64,000 bases of DNA from Halorussus marinus (GTDB lineage Archaea > Halobacteriota > Halobacteria > Halobacteriales > Haladaptataceae), in assembly GCF_004765795.1 (NCBI RefSeq), contig NZ_SBIV01000006.1:62001-126000 (forward strand), given 5' to 3'. The first letter of the stretch is position 1; each line of letters opens with the position of its first letter. A program made the translations under genes and the position numbers. The notes below the pieces were generated by a model, which saw only the letters and a program-made list of their open reading frames with translations, was not told the origin of the DNA and made no database searches. Below, in pieces: positions 11,546 to 20,198 of this stretch.

Positions 11546-11755
11546 ATGGATGGGGCGAGAGAACATATAACTGTTGCCTCTAAACGAGACTGTAGAGGGT
11601 TAATTCAAGCAGTAGATAAAAGAAGAACTAGCGTGTGTCGTCGGCGTCGCTCGCGCGCGCCGTCGGGCTCGGAGCCGTGGCGATTCTCCCGTTTAAGTAC
11701 GGGCCGCTCCCGGGCGACCGCCAACGACTTACCGACTTGCACCCAACGACTCGCC

Positions 11756-12148
11756 ATGACCGACGACGAGTTGCCCGAGGGGTGGACCGTCTGGAACGAC
11801 GAGCCCGGCGGGCGGCGGATCCTCGCCTACCGGCCCGACGTGTTCGACGCCGAGCGGTTCCCGGCGGCCTGCCTCCCCACGCTGTACGTCGCGGCGGGCG
11901 CCCCGAACCGCCCGCCGGGGGAAGCCGAGGTCGGCTCGACCGACGTCTGGCGCGTCCAGTTCTTCCTCGAACCCGACGTGGAACTCACGAGTGCCCGGAC
12001 GTACGACTCCCGAGCGGACGCCCGGGCGGCCGCTCGCGAACTGGCCGCCGCGTTCGCCGCCGGCGAGCTCGACTACCGCGGCGCCTACCAACTGCCTCGC
12101 GAGGCGTACCTCGACCGACTCGACGAGCTCACGGGACGGGAGCCTTAA
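11756..12148 (+). CDS. Conserved haloarchaeal protein (DUF5820-like)
   Basis: LPEGWTVWNDE, YRPDVF, PAACLPTLYV, YRGAYQLPR; acidic; TTTAAG upstream. Confidence 0.8.
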   Translation: MTDDELPEGWTVWNDEPGGRRILAYRPDVFDAERFPAACLPTLYVAAGAPNRPPGEAEVGSTDVWRVQFFLEPDVELTSARTYDSRADARAAARELAAAFAAGELDYRGAYQLPREAYLDRLDELTGREP

Positions 12149-12173
12149 CCGCCCGGCCTTCGTACCCACGCTC

Positions 12174-12626
12174 ATGTCGTCCATCACGCTCGTCGGGACT
12201 CGCCTCGCCGAGCCCGACCGGGAGTTCGTCTACCGCGGGGAGTCGACGGCCTGCGAGGGCTGTCCGTACCGGAGCCAGTGTCTCAACCTCTCGGAGGGCG
12301 TCCGCTATCGGATCACCGACGTCCGGGAGGGCGCCCAGACGCTCGACTGTGCCGTCCACGACGCCGGCGTCACCGCGGTCGAAGTCGAGCCCGTCGGGAT
12401 GAAGGCAAACGTCCCCTCGAAGAACGCCTACGCCGGGAGCAAGGCCGAACTCGCCGGCCCCTGTCCCCACACCGACTGTCCGAGCCACGAGTACTGCGAG
12501 CCCGTGGGCGCGGCGTTCGACGAGGAGTACCAGATCGCCGAGAAGCTCGGCGATCCGCCCCACGACTACTGCATGCTGGACCGCGAGCTGACGCTTGTGG
12601 AGTTCGCGCCGAAAAGCGACAGTTAG
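12174..12626 (+). CDS. UPF0179 family protein
   Basis: ITLVGTRLA, CEGCPYRSQCLNL and further Cys/His pairs. Confidence 0.88.
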   Translation: MSSITLVGTRLAEPDREFVYRGESTACEGCPYRSQCLNLSEGVRYRITDVREGAQTLDCAVHDAGVTAVEVEPVGMKANVPSKNAYAGSKAELAGPCPHTDCPSHEYCEPVGAAFDEEYQIAEKLGDPPHDYCMLDRELTLVEFAPKSDS

Positions 12627-13429
12627 TCCGGGCTCGCGGCGCTGGCGTAGACGAACTCCCGGAGGAGCTTGCCCGCCAGCGCCGCGGCCTGCCCGTCGTC
12701 GCGGTCGTTGACCTCCACGACGTCGAAGCCGTCGGCCAGCGGCGCGACCGACCGCACCACCCCGCGCATCTCTCGGGGCGCGAGCCCGAACGGCTCGGTC
12801 GTCCCGGTCCCGGGTGCGAACCCGGGGTCGGCCGCGTCGATGTCGACGCTGAGATACACCGACTCCCCCTCGAAGTCGGGCGTCCAGTCGGCGACCGCCT
12901 CGGGTTCGACGACGGTCACGTCGGGCTCGCTCGCCCGGTCGTACTCGGCTTCGCTCCCGGTCCGGGCGCCCAGAATCACCGCCTCATCGGCGACCGCGAG
13001 CGCGCGGCGGGTCGCGGTCGCGTGGCTGAGCTCGTTGCCGTCGTACTCCTCGCGGAGGTCGAGATGGGCGTCGAGACAGACGAAGACGTCGGGGTCGACC
13101 GCCCGCACGCCCGCGACCGAGACGGTGTGTTCGCCCCCGAGCAGAACGGGGACGGCGCCGTCTCGGACCGCGTCGGTCGCGACCCCGCCGAGGTACTCCA
13201 GATACTCGGCGGCGTCGTCCCACGCGCGGACGTCGCCGTGGTCGTGGACTGCGAGATCCGAGAAGTGTCGGTCGGTTCTGGCGTCGTAGTCGTCGAAGGC
13301 CCGGGCGTACTTGCGGATCCGATCGGGGCCGAACCGCGTCCCGGGCTGGAACGTGGTCGAGACGTCGAGAGGCGCGCCCACGACCACGTAGTCGGCTCGA
13401 TCGCGGTCGGCGGACGCGCCGGGGAACAT
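12623..13429 (-). CDS. speB: Agmatinase (ureohydrolase family)
   Basis: GGEHTVS, LDAHLDL, SVDIDAADPGFAPGTGT. Confidence 0.93.
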   Translation of the reverse strand: MFPGASADRDRADYVVVGAPLDVSTTFQPGTRFGPDRIRKYARAFDDYDARTDRHFSDLAVHDHGDVRAWDDAAEYLEYLGGVATDAVRDGAVPVLLGGEHTVSVAGVRAVDPDVFVCLDAHLDLREEYDGNELSHATATRRALAVADEAVILGARTGSEAEYDRASEPDVTVVEPEAVADWTPDFEGESVYLSVDIDAADPGFAPGTGTTEPFGLAPREMRGVVRSVAPLADGFDVVEVNDRDDGQAAALAGKLLREFVYASAASPD

Positions 13430-13810
13430 CTACTCGAGGATCTTGCGCTGCTCGTCCATCTCGAGGTACTCGATCTCGTCGTCGGGCGAGAGGTCGACGT
13501 CCGAGGGGGTCTTGATGGTGATGGTCTCGTACGTTTCGAGGTCCATGACCTGTGCGATCTCGTCGCTCTCGACCGCGACGACCTGCCCCTGTTTGCGGTG
13601 GATGATGGGGACCCAGATCTTCGCGTCGACGGGCTGAGAGAGGCTTCGCTTCTTACCGTCGAAGACGCCTTCGGCGTCGATCCGGGCCTTCGCGCTACCG
13701 TGCTTGCCCGGCTTTGCGGTGCTGTAGGAGTTGATCTCGCACGCCGCGTCCTCGATCATCACGTAGTTGCCTTCCTGGAGGTCCCGCACTTCCTTCTGCT
13801 CTCTTGCCAT
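13430..13810 (-). CDS. eif5a: Translation initiation factor aIF-5A
   Basis: Hypusination motif [14 protein letters not shown]; directly abuts speB. Confidence 0.97.
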   Translation of the reverse strand: MAREQKEVRDLQEGNYVMIEDAACEINSYSTAKPGKHGSAKARIDAEGVFDGKKRSLSQPVDAKIWVPIIHRKQGQVVAVESDEIAQVMDLETYETITIKTPSDVDLSPDDEIEYLEMDEQRKILE

Positions 13811-13954
13811 ACCGCCGGATAGCGTTCGCGGGGGTATAAACGGTTTGGAATGCGGTTCGGGCGCGTACGGGTGCCACGGGGCGCGGTACGGCCGTCGAGA
13901 GAACCGGGATGGGTCGCGTCGGGGACCTCGGGGAGGGCGTCGAGAGAATGAGAA

Positions 13955-14224
13955 TCAGTCGCGGCGGTAGTCGTGGCCGGCGAGGAGCGCGAGCGCGTGG
14001 ACCGCGACCAGCACCGCGAGCGTCGACCGACCGCTCGGGACCGCGCCCGAGAGCACCGGGACGTACGCCAGCGGGAGCGCGACCGCCGACCAGAACCCGA
14101 CGAACTCGAACGGGGCCGCGATCGACCCGAGCGCGTCGGCCGGCGACGCCGGCAGATCGACCGCCGAATCGTCCGGTAGATCGGGGAACTGTTCGCCGTC
14201 GAGGGTGGAGGGAGCGTTGGACAT
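13955..14224 (-). CDS. Small membrane protein with two predicted TM helices
   Basis: GFWSAVALPLAYVP and LVAVHALALLAGHDY; TTATATG box at ~14270-14264. Confidence 0.75.
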   Translation of the reverse strand: MSNAPSTLDGEQFPDLPDDSAVDLPASPADALGSIAAPFEFVGFWSAVALPLAYVPVLSGAVPSGRSTLAVLVAVHALALLAGHDYRRD

Positions 14225-14324
14225 CGTGGGGAACCTCTTACTCGTCCCGTGGAGCGCCACCGTCATATAAGGGGCCGAGCCTTCGTGGAGATTCGCGTGA
14301 TTTCGCGCTCAGGCGTCGAGTTCC

Positions 14325-14418
14325 GACGTTTTACGACGCGGTCGACGACGTTTTACGACGGTTTTAGAAGCGCCGAGACGTTTTACGATCCGTTCTCGTG
14401 GCGTCCCGATGTTTTCGA
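14325..14418. repeat. Phased direct repeats of GACGTTTTACGA
   Basis: Exact copies at 14325-14336, 14347-14358 and 14377-14388; degenerate copies at ~14357 and ~14408. Confidence 0.8.
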
Positions 14419-14513
14419 CGGGCGGGGCGACTGCGGCGGCTTCGGTCGCCCGATCCGGCCATCTGACCCGGGGTGCGGTCGGGTCGCCGGGGCCCGCGCG
14501 CTCGGCCCGCGGT

Positions 14514-15587
14514 TCAGGCGCGGTGGCGCTCGATGCAGTCGCCGACCCGCGCCAGCCCCTCCTCCAGTTCGTCGGTCGGCAGGCCGAACCCGATCCGGAA
14601 GTAGTCGTCGTACCCGAACATCGACCCGGGCGCGAGCACGACGCTCTCCTCCTCGACGACCGTCCGACAGAACGCCTCGCTGTCGTCGAACCCGTCTGGA
14701 ACCGAGACGAAGCCGTTGACGCCGACGGGGTCGTGCCACGAGAGGCCGTGGTCCTCGACGAACGCCCGGACCCGGTCGCGGTGGTCGGCCGCGAGTTCTC
14801 GGTTCTCGGTCAGGATCTCGTCTTCGTCCGCACCGAGCGCCTGCCGAGCGACGTGCTGGCCCACGATGCCCGGCGAGATCGTGGTGTAGTCTTTCCACTG
14901 GAGCGCGCCCTCGATCACGTCCTCGGGCCCGGCGATCCATCCGAACCGGAGGCCGGCGAGCCCGTAGGCCTTCGTCAGGCTCGTCGTGCTGATCCCGTGC
15001 TCGCCCAGCGACGCGACCGGCGGGAGCGGCTCCGCCGCGAGCAGTCGGTACACCTCGTCGCACAGCAGGTAGGCGTCGGCGTCCGCCGCGAGGTCGTAGA
15101 TCGCTTCGACCTTCTCTTGGGAGTGGTACCGTCCGGTCGGGTTGTTCGGGTTGTTGAGGACCACGATCTCGGTCTCCGGGCGGATCGCGTCGGCGACCGC
15201 GTCGACGTCGAGTTCCCACTCTGGGGGTTCGAGCGAGACTCGCGTCACCGATCCGACCGCCTCGGGGACGGCGTGGAGCGCCTGATAGGTCGGCGTGACG
15301 ACGACCGCGTGGCTGTCCTCGTCCATCAGCGACGTGAACGCGAGGAAGTTGGCCTCCTGCGTGCCGCAGGTGAACGCGACCTCCTCGGCGCTCCGGTCGT
15401 AGCGCTCGCCGACTTCCGCTCGGAACTCCGGATCGCCGTTCGTCGGGATGACGTACCCGAGCGTTCCGGGATCGAGGTCGAACCGGCTCGCGTCGAGGCT
15501 CCGGATGCCGCTCTCGGCGAGCATGATGTCGGCGTCGTGTTCGTACTTGTCGAACCACCGTTCGAGCCCGAATTCGGCGACGTTCAT
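14514..15587 (-). CDS. Class I/II PLP-dependent aminotransferase
   Basis: NNPNNPTG, DEVY, SLTKAYGLAGLRFGW (PLP-binding Lys). Confidence 0.92.
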   Translation of the reverse strand: MNVAEFGLERWFDKYEHDADIMLAESGIRSLDASRFDLDPGTLGYVIPTNGDPEFRAEVGERYDRSAEEVAFTCGTQEANFLAFTSLMDEDSHAVVVTPTYQALHAVPEAVGSVTRVSLEPPEWELDVDAVADAIRPETEIVVLNNPNNPTGRYHSQEKVEAIYDLAADADAYLLCDEVYRLLAAEPLPPVASLGEHGISTTSLTKAYGLAGLRFGWIAGPEDVIEGALQWKDYTTISPGIVGQHVARQALGADEDEILTENRELAADHRDRVRAFVEDHGLSWHDPVGVNGFVSVPDGFDDSEAFCRTVVEEESVVLAPGSMFGYDDYFRIGFGLPTDELEEGLARVGDCIERHRA

Positions 15588-15778
15588 ACCGGTAGATTGG
15601 CGGCCGAGAGCGTAAAGCTACGGGAAGGGGTAGTCTCGACGCCAGTCGTCTCCGCTTGGCCGGGCGTGAGCCAGAACGCTATCGCGTCCGGCGTCTCGCG
15701 GGTCGGCCTCCGGTCGAGTCGACCCGCACCGCCTCGTCGCTTCGCGAGGGCTCGCTGTCCGACGTCCGACCGCCGGGA

Positions 15779-16669
15779 TCACACCGCCAGTAGGGGCACC
15801 ATCGCCGCGGCGCCCGCGAGCGCGCCGACGAGGAGTTCGCGTCGGCCCTCGCCCGGCAGGTCCGCGCCGGTTTCGAGCGCCTCGGGCACGAACTCGGTGA
15901 CGACCAGATACACCATCGCGCCGGCCGCGAACCCGAAGCCGAACGGGAGAAACTCTTGGGCCCACCGGACGAACGCGAACGCGATCACCGCGCCGATCGG
16001 CTGGGGGAGACTGGAGAAGACCGCCGCCCCGACCATCCGCCAGTTCGAGAGCCCCATCGCTCGCATCGGAATGGAGATCGCCAGCCCCTCCGGGACGTTG
16101 TGGATGGAGATGGCGACGGTCATAAACACCGCGAGCACCGGGACCGAGAAGCCGAGCACTCCCACGCCGCCCTCCAGTCCCAGTTCTGCGAACGACACCC
16201 CGACCGCGACCCCCTCGGGGAAGCTGTGGACGGTCAGGATGCCGAGGATGAGCACGAGCTTCTTGAGGTCGCCCTCGGCGAACGCTTCGACCTCCAGCGC
16301 GTGCTCGTCGTGTGCGTGCTCCGGGTCGACGCCCGCGTTCGACTCGTCTGTCTCCTCGGGGTGGTCGTCGGTCCGACCGCTCACGTCGATCCGGTCGAGC
16401 AGCCAGTCGGAGACCTCGACGAGCACCACCCCGACGAGCAGGCCGGCGACCATCAGCGTGGGCAGTCCCTCCGAGTACGCCAGCCCCTCGTTGACGAGGC
16501 CGAACAGCGACGCAGAGACCATGATGCCCGAGGCGACGCCCCAGAGCGCGACGTTCCAGCGGTCGCTGAAGTCGTCGACCACGAAGAACGGGAGCGCGCC
16601 GAGACCGGTCGCGAGCGCGGTCATCAGCCCGGCGACGAACACGAGCACGAGGTTCTCGACGAGTCCCAT
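15779..16669 (-). CDS. ZIP (ZupT/GufA) divalent metal transporter
   Basis: HSFPEGVAVG and HNVPEGLAIS signatures; His-rich loop EHAHDEH. Confidence 0.92.
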   Translation of the reverse strand: MGLVENLVLVFVAGLMTALATGLGALPFFVVDDFSDRWNVALWGVASGIMVSASLFGLVNEGLAYSEGLPTLMVAGLLVGVVLVEVSDWLLDRIDVSGRTDDHPEETDESNAGVDPEHAHDEHALEVEAFAEGDLKKLVLILGILTVHSFPEGVAVGVSFAELGLEGGVGVLGFSVPVLAVFMTVAISIHNVPEGLAISIPMRAMGLSNWRMVGAAVFSSLPQPIGAVIAFAFVRWAQEFLPFGFGFAAGAMVYLVVTEFVPEALETGADLPGEGRRELLVGALAGAAAMVPLLAV

Positions 16670-16721
16670 GGTCGAACCGAGTCGCCGCCCGGTGAAAAGA
16701 TTTCTGATAAACGGAAAATAT

Positions 16722-16737
16722 TTTTGGCTATCCTAAA
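16722..16737. promoter_or_regulatory. Putative DtxR/SirR-type metal-responsive operator
   Basis: Imperfect palindrome TTTAGG-ATAG-CCAAAA (minus strand) about 55 nt upstream of the ZIP start. Confidence 0.6.
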
Positions 16738-16739
16738 CC

Positions 16740-18413
16740 TCAGTCGCCGCCGCGTCGCTGGCGCATCTCGTGGCGGGTGAACTGCGGGGTGACCCGGGTC
16801 CCCTTGCGCTTGCGGAACGTCCGGAAGAGCGCGAACGCGACCCCGAGCGACAGCACCGCCGCGACGGCCGCGGCCTCCACCTCGGTGGTGGCGTAGAGGA
16901 ACGCGGTCGAGAACGCGCCCGCGGCCACCATCATCCCGTAGACGAGCCGCTTTGCGAGCAACGCGAAGACGTCGTTGCCGTCCTCGATGTCCGCCCGGAC
17001 GTAGAAGTCGTCGCGGTCGATCCGATCGAGCGTCCGTTCGAGCTTCGGCGGGACCCGGACCGACGACAGCACCGACTGCTGGAGCTGGTCGCTCGCCTCG
17101 CCGGCGTACCGCTTGATCGACTCCTCGCGGTAGCCCTGCTCGGAGAGGTAGTCGGTCGCGACCGTGATGAAGTCGAACTCGGGGTCGAGCGTGACACAGA
17201 CGCCCTCGACCACGGTCGCGACCCGGAGGACCAGCGCGAGGTTCGACGGGAGCCGGAGCGGGAACTCGTAGATGGTGTCTTCGACCTGCTCGACGATCTG
17301 CTGGACCCGGTAGGTCTCGATGTCCTCTCCGCGGGCGTCCTCGATGGCCAGCTCCATCACGTTGCCCATCGTGGCGCGGTCGGCCTCCGGGCTCAGCGTC
17401 CCCATCTCGATGAGCGCGTCGAGGATCCCGTCGATGTCCTGGTTCGCGACCGCGACGTAGAACTCGATGATCTTGTTCTGGATGAACTCGTCGACCCGCC
17501 CGGACATCCCGAAGTCGTAGAAGACGATGGTGCCGTCCGGCCGGACCGCGAGGTTCCCCGGGTGGGGGTCGGCGTGGAACACGCCGTCTTCGAGCATCAT
17601 CTGGAGGTACGCCTCCTGGAGGTTGACCGCGAGCTGGTGGCGGTCGATCCCCAGTTCGTCGAGCTCCGCGACGTCGTTTATCTTCGTCCCCTCGATGTAC
17701 TCCATCGTCAGGACCCTCGGCCCCGAGTGGGAGTCGAGGACCGCCGGGATCACCACGGCGTCGTCGCCCTCGAAGTTCGACCGGATCTCAGCGAGCATCC
17801 GGGCCTCCCGGTCGTAGTTCATCTCCTGGCGGATGGTGCGGTCGAACTCGTCGGCGAGGTTCTCGAGCGAGAACGCCCGGGCCTGCCCGATGAACCGCAG
17901 GAGGATCGGGAGCGACCACCGGATGACCCGGAGATCGGCCTCCACCAGTTCCTCGATGTCCGGGCGCCGCACCTTGACCGCGACCTCTCGCCCGTCGACC
18001 TCGGCGGTGTACACCTGCCCGAGGCTCGCGCCGCTGATGGCGTCGGTGTCGAAGTCGTCGAAGTACTCCTCGACCGGTCCGACCTCGTCTTCGAGCACGA
18101 CCCGGGCCTCGGCCCACGGCGCCGGCGGGACCTCGTCTTGGAGCTTCGAGAGGACGTCGACGTACTCGGTCGGGAGCACGTCGGGGCGGGTCGAGAGGAG
18201 TTGGCCGAGCTTGATGAACGTCGGCCCGAGCGTCAACAGCGACTCCAGCAGGGTGTTGGCTCGCTCGATGCGCGTCTGGCTGTCGACGCGACGCGACCGA
18301 CCGAACAGCAGGAAGCGTCGGCGATCGCGGGCGTAGCTCACCAACAGCGGGAGGAAGTGGTACGCGACCACGAAGAACCGTCGGTACGCACGGAGGTTGA
18401 CCAGTGTGATCAC
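16740..18413 (-). CDS. AarF/ABC1/UbiB atypical protein kinase
   Basis: LGPTFIKLGQ, ASLGQVY, VAVKV, FHADPHPGN, DFGM; two C-terminal TM helices. Confidence 0.93.
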   Translation of the reverse strand: MITLVNLRAYRRFFVVAYHFLPLLVSYARDRRRFLLFGRSRRVDSQTRIERANTLLESLLTLGPTFIKLGQLLSTRPDVLPTEYVDVLSKLQDEVPPAPWAEARVVLEDEVGPVEEYFDDFDTDAISGASLGQVYTAEVDGREVAVKVRRPDIEELVEADLRVIRWSLPILLRFIGQARAFSLENLADEFDRTIRQEMNYDREARMLAEIRSNFEGDDAVVIPAVLDSHSGPRVLTMEYIEGTKINDVAELDELGIDRHQLAVNLQEAYLQMMLEDGVFHADPHPGNLAVRPDGTIVFYDFGMSGRVDEFIQNKIIEFYVAVANQDIDGILDALIEMGTLSPEADRATMGNVMELAIEDARGEDIETYRVQQIVEQVEDTIYEFPLRLPSNLALVLRVATVVEGVCVTLDPEFDFITVATDYLSEQGYREESIKRYAGEASDQLQQSVLSSVRVPPKLERTLDRIDRDDFYVRADIEDGNDVFALLAKRLVYGMMVAAGAFSTAFLYATTEVEAAAVAAVLSLGVAFALFRTFRKRKGTRVTPQFTRHEMRQRRGGD

Positions 18414-18422
18414 CCCGGCGTC

Positions 18423-18779
18423 TCAGCGACCTTCGATGGGGATTTCGCGGCTCGGCGTGGCCTCGCGCTTCGGCAGGCGAAGCTCCAGCACGCCCCGGTC
18501 GACGGTCGCCGACGCGTCCGCACCCGTCGCGTCCGGCGGCAGTGGGAGGTCGGCGTCGAGAAACAGCGATCGCTCCTCGCGGAGGTACGAAAACTCCATG
18601 GGCGCGTCTTTCTCCCGGCGGGCCTCGATCTCCAGTCGCCCGTCATCGACGCTCAGCTCCACCGTCTCGGCGGTGGCGCCCGGGAGGTCGACGACCAGCA
18701 GGTAGGCGTCGTCGCTCTCTAGCAGGTCGGCGAACACCGCGTCGGGCAACTCGCGCACCGCCTCACGAAGCGCTGACAT
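18423..18779 (-). CDS. Hsp20/alpha-crystallin family protein
   Basis: VDLPG and ATVDRGVLELRLPK; upstream of the AarF kinase on the same strand. Confidence 0.9.
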   Translation of the reverse strand: MSALREAVRELPDAVFADLLESDDAYLLVVDLPGATAETVELSVDDGRLEIEARREKDAPMEFSYLREERSLFLDADLPLPPDATGADASATVDRGVLELRLPKREATPSREIPIEGR

Positions 18780-18874
18780 ACCCGGGACTTGGGACGCGGG
18801 GGCGAAAAAGGGTGGGGTACCGTCCCGGCTCGCCGTCCCACACGCTTTTGGCCGCGGGCGGTAGATTTTCAGGC

Positions 18875-20155
18875 ATGAGCGACGACCAGCCGGACCGCAA
18901 GCGGTCCGGGTTCAAGGACAAGACGCGGCTCGCCGCGGCCCGCGAGCGCCTCCTCGACGCGGTCGAGCCCCACGACCGAACCGCGACCGTCGGCCTCTCG
19001 TCGGCGGACGGCCGGGCGCTCGCCGAGTCGGTCGAGGCCGCCCGCGACGTGCCCCACTACCCCCGGGCCGCGATGGACGGCTACGCGGTCCGGGCGGCCG
19101 ACACGTTCGGGGCGAGCGACCGGTCGCCGGAGGTGCTCCGGCGCGTCGGCGAGGCCGGCGAGGTCGAGACGGTCCCGCCGGACGGGGCCGTCCGCGTCCA
19201 CACGGGTAGCGAACTCCCCGACGGCGCCGACGGCGTGGTGATGATCGAGCAGACCGACGAGCGCGAGGCGCCCGGCGCCTCGGACGGCGCGAGCGCCGAA
19301 GTCACCCGCGACGTGGAGGTCTTCGACGCCGTCGCCGAGGGCGAGAACGTCGCGCCCGTCGGCGAGGACGTCGCCGCCGGCCAGCACCTCTACGACGCCG
19401 GCCACCGGCTCCGGCCCTCCGACCTCGGGCTGTTGAAGTCGGTCGGGATCGAGTCGGTCGCGGTCCGCGAGCGCCCCTCGGTCGCGGTCGTCCCGACGGG
19501 CGAGGAGTTGGTCCAGTCCGACCCCGACCCCGGCGAGGTGATCGAGACCAACGGCCTGACGGTCTCGCGGTACGTCGAGCGGTGGGGCGGGTCGGCGACC
19601 TACCGCGACGTGGTGACCGACGACGCCGAGGCGCTCCGGGTCGCGATCCAGCGGGACCTGACCGAGGACGTGGTCGTCACGACCGGCGGCTCCTCGGTCG
19701 GCGAACGCGACCTGCTCCCGGAGGTGGTCGCGGACCTCGGCGAGATCGTCTTCCACGGGGTCGCGCTGAAGCCCGGCCACCCGGTCGCGGCGGGCGTGAT
19801 CGAGGGGACGCCGATCGTGATGCTCCCGGGCTACCCGGTGGCGTGCATCGTCAACGCCGTCCAGTTCCTTCGGCCCCTGCTGAAGTACGTGGGCGGGCTC
19901 CCCGACGAGCCGTTCCCGACCACCGAGGCCCGACTCGACCGCAAGATCCGGAGCGAGCCCGGAATCCGGACGTTCGCGCGGGTCGAGGTCGAGGCCGACG
20001 GCGACAAGCGAGTGGCGACCCCGACCAGAGCCTCCGGGTCGGGCGTGCTGTCGAGCGTCGCGCTCGCGGACGGCTGGGTCGTCGTGCCCGAAGGCCGGGA
20101 GGGGATTCCGGCGGGCGAGACCGTCGCGGTTCAGGACTGGGAGTGGTCGGCGTGA
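18875..20155 (+). CDS. moeA1: Molybdopterin molybdenumtransferase MoeA
   Basis: AAMDGYAV, PTGEEL, TTGGSSVG, LKPGHP, LPGYPV. Confidence 0.93.
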   Translation: MSDDQPDRKRSGFKDKTRLAAARERLLDAVEPHDRTATVGLSSADGRALAESVEAARDVPHYPRAAMDGYAVRAADTFGASDRSPEVLRRVGEAGEVETVPPDGAVRVHTGSELPDGADGVVMIEQTDEREAPGASDGASAEVTRDVEVFDAVAEGENVAPVGEDVAAGQHLYDAGHRLRPSDLGLLKSVGIESVAVRERPSVAVVPTGEELVQSDPDPGEVIETNGLTVSRYVERWGGSATYRDVVTDDAEALRVAIQRDLTEDVVVTTGGSSVGERDLLPEVVADLGEIVFHGVALKPGHPVAAGVIEGTPIVMLPGYPVACIVNAVQFLRPLLKYVGGLPDEPFPTTEARLDRKIRSEPGIRTFARVEVEADGDKRVATPTRASGSGVLSSVALADGWVVVPEGREGIPAGETVAVQDWEWSA

Positions 20156-20198
20156 CGGGACCGACGACCCGCGGCGCGACCACGGGGGGTGAGACGCG

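Noticed and set aside
14325..14418. Possible mini CRISPR array
   Set aside because: Repeats are only 12 bp with 10-19 nt gaps, and there are no cas genes
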